Assembly: GCA_963702205.1 (NCBI GenBank) | Contig: OY969724.1 | Span: 2,048,001 to 2,112,000, forward strand | Source of the DNA: an uncultured candidate division Zixibacteria bacterium | GTDB lineage: Bacteria; Zixibacteria; MSB-5A5; GN15; PGXB01 | DNA length: 64,000 bases | Direction of reading: 5' to 3' | Part shown: positions 40,406 through 49,483 of the stretch, piece after piece | Layout: each line of letters opens with the position of its first letter | Numbering within the stretch: position 1 is the stretch's first letter | Notes under the pieces: generated by a model | The model's input: the letters and a program-made list of their open reading frames with translations, nothing else | What the model was told of the DNA's origin: nothing | Databases searched by the model: none | Translations under genes and position numbers: made by a program

Positions 40406-40523
40406 CGGCAGGTCTTGCGGCCCGATTTTTAGGGACGTGTGACCTGCCGGTTTTTTATCTGCATTTAAATAAACAAGATGCCGTCGGGTCACATCCCGAC
40501 TTTGTCGGAACAAGACCCAACGG
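40406..40523. repeat. Inverted pair of RAYT-family REP hairpins (40406-40449 forward, 40481-40523 reverse)
   Basis: CGGCAGGTC TTG...TGT GACCTGCCG; reverse complement of the second reads CCGTTGGGTC TTG TTCCGAC AAA GTCGGGA TGT GACCCGACGG. Confidence 0.75.
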
Positions 40524-40579
40524 AATATATATGGTGCCTTTACGACGCCCCCGTATGTGGCTTTTTATTTTTCCTCAGT

Positions 40580-40608
40580 TTGACATCGGGTTGTCCAAAA
40601 AGTATATT
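40580..40608 (+). promoter_or_regulatory. Putative sigma70 promoter
   Basis: TTGACA-17 nt-TATATT. Confidence 0.6.
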
Positions 40609-40656
40609 CTTCAGTAATAAAACTCAAACTGAGAATATTAATAAAGGCGGGTCTTT

Positions 40657-41475
40657 ATGAATAAAATAATCGGCGGTCTGGCGATGGTCGCAATGGTATT
40701 GACGATATGTGTTGGGATATTCGGGTGCGGCGGCAAGAAAGCGGAACCTTTGCCGCAGTATGAAGGCTGGGAGCAGTATACCTATAAGCACTTTATTTTT
40801 CACTATGACCCCGCCGAATACTGGGGACGCAATATAGACCGTTTTGCGGATTTCAACGAACGCTATCTGAAAGAAGATTGTGAATTTCTGGCTATAGACG
40901 TCCCGACCGATACCATAAACTACTATATCCACTCGGATTCGGCCTACGCCGCCAAACAGATCGGACATGAGATACCGTACGTTGTCTCCAACCAGATTCA
41001 CTGGGGACGGCCGGTGCCGTTCGGAGTCCCGATAATAATGTATTTGATCCCCAAAATGAACCTCCGTCCGACCGATTTCCGGGTACTGCGCGACGGTTTG
41101 ATCCGTCTGCGCGATTATTCCGGCAATGATTATCACGACCTGACCGGGATGCTGCACAAGATCGGGCAGTACATACCGCTCGATACCATGTTCAACAACG
41201 AGGCGTATTTACGCACCAGCATTATTTATCGCAGGCAGGAGGCGGCATCGCTGGTGGCGTATATGACGTACACGTACGGTATCAATCGTTTCAAGATGCT
41301 CTGGCAATCGGCAGCCGATTATAAAAAGTCTGTCGAAGAAATATTCCGGACCGACTTCGACCAGTTCGAGAAAGACTGGGAGACTTTTGTCATGGATCGG
41401 TATACCGGATTCAAAATGCAGAAAGATACAGTGGTCGGCGATTCGGTCGTCCACCAGGTTATAGACGTCAAATAA
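40657..41475 (+). CDS. Hypothetical lipoprotein
   Basis: IFGC lipobox; A.SLV.Y...YG...F..LW resembles peptidase-MA-like tails, but there is no HExxH. Confidence 0.65.
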   Translation: MNKIIGGLAMVAMVLTICVGIFGCGGKKAEPLPQYEGWEQYTYKHFIFHYDPAEYWGRNIDRFADFNERYLKEDCEFLAIDVPTDTINYYIHSDSAYAAKQIGHEIPYVVSNQIHWGRPVPFGVPIIMYLIPKMNLRPTDFRVLRDGLIRLRDYSGNDYHDLTGMLHKIGQYIPLDTMFNNEAYLRTSIIYRRQEAASLVAYMTYTYGINRFKMLWQSAADYKKSVEEIFRTDFDQFEKDWETFVMDRYTGFKMQKDTVVGDSVVHQVIDVK

Positions 41476-41489
41476 GAAGGGGAGGCGGA

Positions 41490-42254
41490 ATGTCGGACAA
41501 TGAGTGGCAATCGGCCATTACCAATATAGCGCCCGGCCAAATCCGGGTAAGAGGTTACAATATAACCGATATCATGGATAAGCTGTCTTTCGCCGAGGCG
41601 GTGTTTTTGATTCTCAAAGGCGAACTGCCGAACAAAGCTGAGGCCGAGATGATGCGGGCGATACTGGTTTCCTCGGTGGACCACGGCTGCTCGCCGCCGT
41701 CGGTTTTGGGGACGCGCAATGTCATTTCGGGGGGCAATTCGCTCAACGCGGCTATCGCGGGCGGCGTGCTGGTTATCGGCGACAGCCACGGCGGAGCGAT
41801 AGAAAATTCGGCCAGGATTCTTCAGGAATGGGCCAAAAAGGAAGGCTCGCCCGAAGTGCTGGCGACGCAGTTGGTCGAATTTCTGAAAGAAAAGAAAATC
41901 CGTATGCCGGGATTCGGACACCGTCTGCACAATGTCGATCCGCGCACGCTCAAGCTGTTCGAGATAGCGCAGAAGTGTGGATTTTCCGGGCGGCATATCA
42001 AGCTCTGTCGGGCGGTCGAGAAGGCGCTTGCAGCCGGGCTCGGCAAGCAGTTGCCGATCAATGTCGACGGGGCAATCGCGGCGGTCATTTCCGACATGGG
42101 TTTCGATTATCGTCTGGGCAAAGGGTTTTTCATCATTTCGCGGGTGCCGGGATTGATAGCTCACGCCTATGAAGAAATGACCCGCGAAAAGCCGATGCGC
42201 CAGCTGGGCAACCGGAATTTTTCGTACGACGGACCGGAGGACAAGGAGATATAG
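41490..42254 (+). CDS. Citryl-CoA lyase / short citrate synthase family protein
   Basis: W.SAIT, VRGY, DHG, HGGA, PGFGH, DPR, NVDG, SR.PG. Confidence 0.88.
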   Translation: MSDNEWQSAITNIAPGQIRVRGYNITDIMDKLSFAEAVFLILKGELPNKAEAEMMRAILVSSVDHGCSPPSVLGTRNVISGGNSLNAAIAGGVLVIGDSHGGAIENSARILQEWAKKEGSPEVLATQLVEFLKEKKIRMPGFGHRLHNVDPRTLKLFEIAQKCGFSGRHIKLCRAVEKALAAGLGKQLPINVDGAIAAVISDMGFDYRLGKGFFIISRVPGLIAHAYEEMTREKPMRQLGNRNFSYDGPEDKEI

Positions 42255-42257
42255 AGC

Positions 42258-42870
42258 GTGTTGTGCCCGGTCGGTTTGAGAATCCGCCGGGGGAGAAACC
42301 ACTCCAAACAAGTTTGGAGTGGCCACGCGATTGATATAGTAAAGTAGCTGGGCAACCGGAATTTTGCGTATGACTGCCCAGGTGACAGGGAGATATAGAT
42401 ATTATTAGAATGGGGCAGATGTGGACATCTGCCGCCCACGATCATTGTGTTGTGCCCGGCGGGTTCTCAAATCCGCCGGGGGAGAAACCACTCCAAACAA
42501 GTTTGGAGTGGCCACGCGATTGATATAGCAAAGTAGGTCGGGTCCGAGCGTAGCGAGAAACCCGACAAATTGGCAGACGAGGGCGTCTGCCGATCACAAA
42601 TATTTTTCATACGACGGACCGGAGGACAGGGAGATATAGATATTATTAGAATGGGGCAGATGTGGACATCTGCCGCCCACGAATGGAGCAGAAGTGGACA
42701 TCTGCCGCCCACGATCATTGTGTTGTGCCCGGCGGGTTCTCAAACCCGCCGGGGGAGAAACCACTCCAAACAAGTTTGGAGTGGCCACGCGATTGATATA
42801 GCAAAGTAGGTCGGGTCCGAGCGTAGCGAGAAACCCGACAAATCGGCAGACGAGGGCGTCTGCCGATCAT
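42258..42870. repeat. Three imperfect tandem REP cassettes interleaved with copies of the upstream gene's 3' end
   Basis: About 90-bp block at 42258, 42447 and 42720; gene-end copies at 42346-42398 and 42602-42639. Confidence 0.9.
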
Positions 42871-42944
42871 AAAACCCGACAAAAAGTTTTTTTCCGTCGG
42901 GAAGGGGTTCCAGACGGCGCAGAATAAGAATCCCACTACTGAAG

Positions 42945-43096
42945 GGGCTTGTTGAAAAAGTGAACGAATGGTACAAGAAGTAGGTCGGGTTCCGAGTGGA
43001 GCGAAGCGTAACGAGAAACCCGACAACAAGATGTCGGCTTTCTCTCCTGACTTCGTCAGGATTCGGAAGCCGACCTACTGGTTTTTCAACAAGCCC
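42945..43096. mobile_element. 152-bp MITE with 15-bp terminal inverted repeats and flanking TGAAG direct repeats, containing two inverted GTAG REPs
   Basis: GGGCTTGTTGAAAAA (42945-42959) / TTTTTCAACAAGCCC (43082-43096); TGAAG at 42940-42944 and 43097-43101. Confidence 0.75.
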
Positions 43097-43163
43097 TGAA
43101 GCGGTGAGGCACCCAGATGAAAAATGCAATAGGATAAACACGTTTCGTGGGGTTTAAAACGTT

Positions 43164-43203
43164 GCGTCAGGTCCTGACCATTCTTATGGTTGTGACCTGA
43201 CGC
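43164..43203 (+). repeat. REP hairpin (CGTC variant of the RAYT-linked family)
   Basis: GCGTCAGGTC CT GACCA TTCTTA TGGTT GT GACCTGACGC. Confidence 0.8.
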
Positions 43204-43231
43204 CAACCAAACCATACAAGAAATTAAAATC

Positions 43232-43828
43232 ATGAAACTTGTACTTGCCACCAATAACAAAGACAAAATCAGAGAAATCGAAAAAGTTCTGGCCGGGCTG
43301 CCGGTTGAGATATTGACTTCGGCGGATTTCGAGAATTTCCCGGAAATAGAAGAAACCGGAACGACGCTCGAAGAAAACACCATCCTCAAAGCGCGCGGTA
43401 TCGCCAAATTTACCGGTCTGGCGGCCATGGCCGACGACAGCGGCCTGGAAGTCGACGCATTGGGCGGGGCGCCGGGAGTGTACTCATCGCGCTACGCAGG
43501 GCCCGGGTGTTCGTACGCCGATAACAATATCAAATTGCTCAAAGAAATGACGGGCGTGCCGGATGAAAAACGCGGGGCGCGTTTTCGGACGGTGATCGCG
43601 ATTGCCTGGGATACGAAAAAAATCGAGACGGTCGACGGCTCGGTTGAAGGCGTTATAATGTCCGAAAACAGAGGCGAGAACGGTTTCGGTTACGACCCGG
43701 TATTCTTTTATCCTCCGGCCGGAAAGACCTTTGCGCAGATGTCACTCGATGAAAAAAACAAGGTTTCTCATCGCGGCCAAGCCGTAGTGGCGGCGCGGGA
43801 GTTGATCGTGCGGCATATCCAAAATTAA
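43232..43828 (+). CDS. rdgB: Non-canonical purine NTP (XTP/dITP) diphosphatase
   Basis: LATNN..K..E, DDSGL, PGVYSSRY, GFGYDP, SHRG. Confidence 0.96.
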   Translation: MKLVLATNNKDKIREIEKVLAGLPVEILTSADFENFPEIEETGTTLEENTILKARGIAKFTGLAAMADDSGLEVDALGGAPGVYSSRYAGPGCSYADNNIKLLKEMTGVPDEKRGARFRTVIAIAWDTKKIETVDGSVEGVIMSENRGENGFGYDPVFFYPPAGKTFAQMSLDEKNKVSHRGQAVVAARELIVRHIQN

Positions 43829-44052
43829 TATAGATTTTGGCAGGACTCTCTCGGATCCTGTTTTGGCTTCTTCGATTTTTAATTTCAAAGAATAAACTCG
43901 GGTTGAACATTTGGTCAAATTTCTCGTCTAATAGCGTGAAGCTTGACAACTTACACCATTTGACTGAAGGAAATCGAATAGTAAGGCGCAAAACCGCCTG
44001 CCGGTGCGCCAAAACACCATAATCCGCGAAAACATACGGAAGGAATGGAGAT

Positions 44053-46410
44053 ATGTCCTCTCGTTTACGGAGGCCGTTTTACGGCCTGTTGACGACGGTA
44101 ATGGTGTGGGGTTTTTTTTGTATCACGGGTTTTGCCTCCGATAGTTTTCAACCGGTATTCAATCCGGCTCTGAATATTTCAGGAACAACCGGTCAGATTC
44201 ATGTCGACGGTGACTTATGTGAGGAGGGTTGGCAAACGGCGGCCTCATCGGACAATTTCGTCGAACGGGCTCCGGGTGACAATACCGAGCCGCCGGTCAA
44301 GACCAAAGTCATGGTTACCTATGATGAAAACAATCTTTATGTCGGGTTTGTCTGCTACGACGATCCCTCGCAGATTCGTGCTACAATGTGCCAGCGCGAC
44401 CTGTTCACCAGCGACGACGCCGTAATTGTCCTGCTTGATACGTACGGCGATGCCTCCTGGGCGTACCTGCTCTATGTTAATCCGTACGGTATCCAGAAAG
44501 ACATGATGTGGACCAATATAACCGGGTCGGACGTCGGTTTTGATCTTATCTGGAATTCGGCCGCGAAGATCACGCCTGAGGGATATCAGGTGGAGATGGC
44601 CGTGCCTTTTGCGGGCTTACGTTTTCCCAACCGGGACACGCAGACATGGCGTATGGATTTCTGGCGCAATCAACCGCGCGAAGCTATCCATCAGTATTCG
44701 TGGTCGGCCAACAATCGCAATGAGCAGTGCTGGCCGTGCCAGTGGGGAACGGTCAACGGTATTTCCAACGTCTATCCGGGGCGGGGCATAGAGATTCTCC
44801 CGGCTTTGGTCGCCTATCAGAGCGGCTCGGTGACGGATACTTATGACCCCAATCTTCCGTTCAAAAACCTCGATGCCGACGGCGAACTGGCACTGGGGGG
44901 CAAATATGCCATCAACTCCGATGTCACACTGGAAACTACCATAAATCCCGATTTCAGCCAGATCGAGGCCGATGCCGCGCAGATCGACGTCAATTCTCCG
45001 GTGGCCCTGTACTATCCGGAACGGCGGCCGTTTTTTCAGGAAGGCCGGGACATTTTTATCACACTGTTCAATTCCTTTTATTCGCGCACGGTAAATGATC
45101 CACAACTGGCCGTAAAATTGACCGGACGAACCGGTGCCTATCGATTCGGGATGTTGTCGGCGGTGGACGATCATTCATTCTATCTCGTGCCTCTCGAAGA
45201 ATCCAGCTATGGGCCGTTCGATATCGGCAAGAGCTATGTCAACGTCTTTCGGGGGATGCGCTCGCTTGGATCAAGTTCACAGATTGGGATGATTTTGAAC
45301 GATCGCCGCTTCGAAGCGGGCGGATCGAATACCATTTTTGGTATAGACCAGCGGATTCGGCTGTCGCCGAATTATTTTATCGACGGGCAGTATCTCGTGA
45401 CTTATACGAAGGAATCCGGCAGCAGCAGTCTCTACGGATCAAAGACAACGTTCGATGGTGGTAAGCACACCCTTGGATTCGACGGTGAGTCGTATACCGG
45501 CTTTGGCATGATCAGTCGGCTCAATCGCAGCTCCCGCCACTGGGACTTTCGGCTCGATTACAATCAGGTTGGGTGGACGTATCGTACCGAACTGGGGTAT
45601 GATCCCTGGGTGGACTATCGCAACCTGTCCTTTTACACTCAGTATACTTTTTATTACGATGAAGGCCTCATCGACCGGACGTGGCCGCATTTATACGTCG
45701 AAACGCGCTGGAATTTTGAGGGGGATCGTAAATGGTCGCACGTGAATGCCGGATGGACAACCGCCCTCAGGTTTGCTCAGACGGTCGGCTCGGTGGGCTA
45801 TATCACTGGCGACGAGCTCTGGAGCGGTTTCAGGTTCAACGACCTCTGGCATCTGCATCTTGATATTAACGGCCAGTTCAGCAACCAGATCGGGTTTTAT
45901 CTGCAAACCGAATGGGGCAACGGACCGGCCTTGAACGTACTTGAAAAGGGTCGGGAATTGTCGATAGAAACCAACCTGAGTTTAAAGCCGATCGACAGAG
46001 TCATAATAGAACCGTACTTCAGCTATCTGAAAAGCAATGATTTAAAAACCGACCGGCTCTTTTTCGAAAACTATGTACTGCGTGCCCGAACCCGACTGCA
46101 GATAACCAGGACACTATCGATAAGACTGGTGGTACAGAACACATACCGCAAGCGAGCCTTACAGGTTTCGCCCAATCCCGACGACGATTACGCCTATTAT
46201 GAGCAAAAGAACTGGAGCGTCGATCCGCTGCTGACTTTTCGTATCAGTCCGTTCTCGGTGTTTTACGCGGGGGTGACGTATGATTTCGAAAAGCTGCCTG
46301 CGGATTTATACCCCTTTTACAGCGCCGAGCCGGACCCGAATCTGGTTCAGGACTGGGGGATGACATCGCGGAAATTCTTTATAAAAATCCAGTACTTGTT
46401 CCAGACCTGA
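44053..46410 (+). CDS. Secreted or outer-membrane protein, CBM9-like plus DUF5916-type barrel
   Basis: VDG.L.E..W, YDENNLY, VNPYG, EMAVP, INPDFSQIEAD, PERRPFFQEG, terminal KIQYLF. Confidence 0.8.
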   Translation: MSSRLRRPFYGLLTTVMVWGFFCITGFASDSFQPVFNPALNISGTTGQIHVDGDLCEEGWQTAASSDNFVERAPGDNTEPPVKTKVMVTYDENNLYVGFVCYDDPSQIRATMCQRDLFTSDDAVIVLLDTYGDASWAYLLYVNPYGIQKDMMWTNITGSDVGFDLIWNSAAKITPEGYQVEMAVPFAGLRFPNRDTQTWRMDFWRNQPREAIHQYSWSANNRNEQCWPCQWGTVNGISNVYPGRGIEILPALVAYQSGSVTDTYDPNLPFKNLDADGELALGGKYAINSDVTLETTINPDFSQIEADAAQIDVNSPVALYYPERRPFFQEGRDIFITLFNSFYSRTVNDPQLAVKLTGRTGAYRFGMLSAVDDHSFYLVPLEESSYGPFDIGKSYVNVFRGMRSLGSSSQIGMILNDRRFEAGGSNTIFGIDQRIRLSPNYFIDGQYLVTYTKESGSSSLYGSKTTFDGGKHTLGFDGESYTGFGMISRLNRSSRHWDFRLDYNQVGWTYRTELGYDPWVDYRNLSFYTQYTFYYDEGLIDRTWPHLYVETRWNFEGDRKWSHVNAGWTTALRFAQTVGSVGYITGDELWSGFRFNDLWHLHLDINGQFSNQIGFYLQTEWGNGPALNVLEKGRELSIETNLSLKPIDRVIIEPYFSYLKSNDLKTDRLFFENYVLRARTRLQITRTLSIRLVVQNTYRKRALQVSPNPDDDYAYYEQKNWSVDPLLTFRISPFSVFYAGVTYDFEKLPADLYPFYSAEPDPNLVQDWGMTSRKFFIKIQYLFQT

Positions 46411-46432
46411 TATACATTTTCCGTGTGGATTG

Positions 46433-46459
46433 AAGGCGGTCGGCGACGGCCGCCTTTTT
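46433..46459 (+). terminator. Rho-independent terminator
   Basis: AAGGCGGTCG GCGA CGGCCGCCTT TTT. Confidence 0.8.
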
Positions 46460-46684
46460 AAAAATTAGTGAGGGCTGGATTGTGCTCTTGACAGACGGAT
46501 AGAAAAAAGTCTGCCAAATACCCAGCCCTCAGGACCTACATCTCTCGATATTAAATAATGTCTATTTGGCGTTCAAGTCAAGCCGGAAATGAAAAGGCTG
46601 AGCGGTTATTCTCATCAGGCGTTGGAATATCAATATAACCTTAATCTTGACTTGGGCTTAAGAAGCGGTATATTTGCGTGTCAT

Positions 46685-46759
46685 CGGGGTGTGGCGCAGT
46701 CCGGTTAGCGCACTTGCTTTGGGAGCAAGACGTCGGAGGTTCGAATCCTCTCACCCCGA
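46685..46759 (+). tRNA. tRNA-Pro (TGG)
   Basis: CGGGGTG/CACCCCG acceptor, CTTGC-TTTGGGA-GCAAG arm, GTTCGAAT; TTGACT-16-TATATT upstream. Confidence 0.95.
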
Positions 46760-46853
46760 TTTTTATTTTCCCCAATTTCGGACTATTTCCTGTTCAGCTT
46801 TTGCACAAAGTGTCGATAGAATCCTATAATAGAAACTTTAACCGGAGATTGCC

Positions 46854-48083
46854 GTGCTTGTTACCGGACACGCCGAAAAAGACGCCCAATATTACGATGA
46901 TATTTTCAGTCGGGATTACAATGAACAAACCCGGGATTTTCTCTATAACAGAGTTTTTGAAAAGCTTCTGACACTGAATAACCCGAGAGTGCTCGAAGTC
47001 GGGTGCGGGACCGGCTACCTGGCCCGGATGATAATCGAGCAAAATATACCATACAGGGGTTTCGATTTCAGTTCCGAAGCCGTCAAGAAGGCTCTCAAAT
47101 TCAGCCCGAAAGGAAATTTCAAAGTAGGCGATGCCTATCTTCACGAAAGCTATCTTCCGACCGATTACAATGCCGTCATTTGCATGGAAGTGCTGGAACA
47201 CGTCGACGACTTCGCCCTCCTCAAGAACCTCCCGGCGGGCGTACATTTCGTTGCAACGGTTCCTGATTTCGATGATGTCGCCCACGTGCGGCTTTATACC
47301 GATCCGGAGCGGGATATTCGTCAGAGATACGCTCGGTATATGGACGTGCAGGAAATACTCGATTTTCCCTGTTTCAATCCGGCCCGGGAAAAGAACGTGC
47401 ATATTTACATGTTCTGCGCGGTCGTCAAAGAGAACGAATTCAACAAAGAGATCACATCGACCAAAAGCCTGACACTGAAAAAACCGGAAGAGCAGGATAT
47501 CAATGATGAAAAAATCAAACTGAATATCGGTTGTGCCAACGAAATCAGGCCGGGATGGGTAAACGTTGATACGAGGCCGGGTGATGGTGTGCAAGTTGTT
47601 ACGGATTTCGATGGTTGCGACCATACGCCGCTGCCGTACGAAGACGATTCGGTCGATGAAATAAATTGTTCGTGGACGCTGGCCCGTGTGACAAATATTC
47701 TTCCCTTGATGCAGGAGCTGTACCGCATCGCAAAGAATGACACGAGGGCGACGTTCACGGTGCCCTATGGGTCATCGGACGATGCCTGGGAAGACCCGAC
47801 TTTGGTGCGGCGGTTTTTTTTGAAGTCATTCAATTATTTTTCGCAAAATCTTCTCGTGCCCGGTGGCAACACCTACGGGGGAGATTGGTCGCCGGAGACG
47901 ATAGACCTGTTTGTGGCGGCCGATAAGTACAAAGGCAAAGATCCTGAAGATACTATCAAAGATATAGAGCAATGCCGAAATGTGGTGACGCTTATGAAGG
48001 TGGTGTTGAGAGCCGTCAAGCCGGCTCGTCCGCCAGGTGAAGGACCGCCCGATAAGCCGCAATATCGCATTTTGCCGGCATAA
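46854..48083 (+). CDS. Tandem two-domain class I SAM-dependent methyltransferase
   Basis: VLEVGCGTG...EVLEH and KLNIGC...GWVNVD...QELYRIAK. Confidence 0.8.
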   Translation: MLVTGHAEKDAQYYDDIFSRDYNEQTRDFLYNRVFEKLLTLNNPRVLEVGCGTGYLARMIIEQNIPYRGFDFSSEAVKKALKFSPKGNFKVGDAYLHESYLPTDYNAVICMEVLEHVDDFALLKNLPAGVHFVATVPDFDDVAHVRLYTDPERDIRQRYARYMDVQEILDFPCFNPAREKNVHIYMFCAVVKENEFNKEITSTKSLTLKKPEEQDINDEKIKLNIGCANEIRPGWVNVDTRPGDGVQVVTDFDGCDHTPLPYEDDSVDEINCSWTLARVTNILPLMQELYRIAKNDTRATFTVPYGSSDDAWEDPTLVRRFFLKSFNYFSQNLLVPGGNTYGGDWSPETIDLFVAADKYKGKDPEDTIKDIEQCRNVVTLMKVVLRAVKPARPPGEGPPDKPQYRILPA

Positions 48084-48137
48084 TCAACCCCTCCAGATTC
48101 GCATCGGATTTATAACCGGAATCCGCGAATTAAATGC

Positions 48138-48166
48138 AGGGCTGTCGCACGATTCGCGACAGCCCT
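48138..48166. terminator. Hairpin between convergent genes (possible bidirectional terminator)
   Basis: AGGGCTGTCGC...GCGACAGCCCT. Confidence 0.6.
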
Positions 48167-48228
48167 TCGTTATATAATATATATTTTGAATCCAGATATA
48201 AAGTGAAGTCAAATAAGCGCGGCTAACA

Positions 48229-48666
48229 TCAGGCCGGATACTTTCCGGCAATATATTCCTTGAGATAGCGATTTTCCACGGCCAGTGAATCGACGTTGGC
48301 GGCCACGACGTCCCCGATTGAAATTATACCCACCAGCTTTTTATTGTCCATGATCGGCAGGTGGCGGAAACGGTTTTGGGTCATAAGGGCGCTGACGTTT
48401 TCGACGTCGTCGTTGAGGAACCCAATGACGATGTTTTTGGTCATGACTTCACTGACCTTGACGTTAAAGCCCGATTCGCCTTTGGAAAAGGTAAGGCGGA
48501 ATATATCCCGCTCGGAAATGATGCCTTTCAGCTCATCGCCGTCGATAACCGGCAGCGCCCCGATTTTATGGGCTATAATCGACTCCATCGCCTGTTTGAT
48601 GGTGCGATCGGACGAGATGGATACGATTTTGCCGGCCTTTTTTTTGAGAAGATCGTGTACCTTCAT
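48229..48666 (-). CDS. CBS-domain pair protein
   Basis: IGALPV..GIISERD, RFRHLP..GIISIGD. Confidence 0.92.
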   Translation of the reverse strand: MKVHDLLKKKAGKIVSISSDRTIKQAMESIIAHKIGALPVIDGDELKGIISERDIFRLTFSKGESGFNVKVSEVMTKNIVIGFLNDDVENVSALMTQNRFRHLPIMDNKKLVGIISIGDVVAANVDSLAVENRYLKEYIAGKYPA

Positions 48667-48765
48667 TTATTCCCCCGCTGTTTCGATTTTTCAATCCATA
48701 TATTGGACTTACGGGGTCCAATATTCTTCGGGTGCTCGATTATGTATAATTAACATCGAAAACGG

Positions 48766-49341
48766 TTAAAAGTTGCATTCATTTTTAAGCAGGGAATACA
48801 CGTAATCGTCGTGGAGTTTGCCGTCGTGAAAATGATGCTCTCTCAATATGGCGTCGCGCTTGAATCCCAGCGATTCCAGAAGCGCCACCGAGGCGGCGTT
48901 GAAGGCTCCGGTCTGGGCGTATACTTTGTTGAGATTCAATTGGCGAAACAGGTATTTTATAAGCAGGCGAAGTCCCTCACGGGCTATGCCGCGGCGCTGT
49001 AAATTGGGATCCACACTATATCCCAGTTCGGCTGACCGGCTGAGCGTGTTGAGGTTAAAAAAGGCAAGCTTGCCGACCAGCCGTTCGCTGTTTCGGTCGA
49101 TTATAACGAAATCGCCTCTATCCGGTGATTTTTCTCTTGTTTTCTGGCGGGCTGCCATTTCTTCGGGTGTGACAATCGGGACCGGGCGGCATGTCTGCGA
49201 CGACGGTCCGCTTTTCAGAAACCAGGCGTACGTTATAGCATAATCATCAGGCACGGCAGGACGGAGATATACTTTGACTCCTGTCAAATCTGGCGCCGTT
49301 GGCGGGATTTTGGAATTTTCATCCACGTCGGGTCGATTCAT
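48766..49341 (-). CDS. RimJ/RimL-type GNAT acetyltransferase
   Basis: AELGY, QRRGIA, N.ASV.LLE.LGF. Confidence 0.88.
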   Translation of the reverse strand: MNRPDVDENSKIPPTAPDLTGVKVYLRPAVPDDYAITYAWFLKSGPSSQTCRPVPIVTPEEMAARQKTREKSPDRGDFVIIDRNSERLVGKLAFFNLNTLSRSAELGYSVDPNLQRRGIAREGLRLLIKYLFRQLNLNKVYAQTGAFNAASVALLESLGFKRDAILREHHFHDGKLHDDYVYSLLKNECNF

Positions 49342-49483
49342 TTTTATCCTGCTTTTTGGAATTTTCGAAAAGCAATAAGAAGATAACTCAAAATTCCGAA
49401 ATTTCAACAAAGTTGTTTGAACAAAATGAATAAAATATATATTACATGCCAAATTGAAGACAGGTATATCGTATAAGGAATAT

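Noticed and set aside
42167..43141. Short ORFs with repeated peptides (MIVGGRCP, MATPNLFG) and ORFs in 30855-31300
   Set aside because: Translations of REP palindromes
46678..46971. 97-aa ORF
   Set aside because: Overlaps tRNA-Pro
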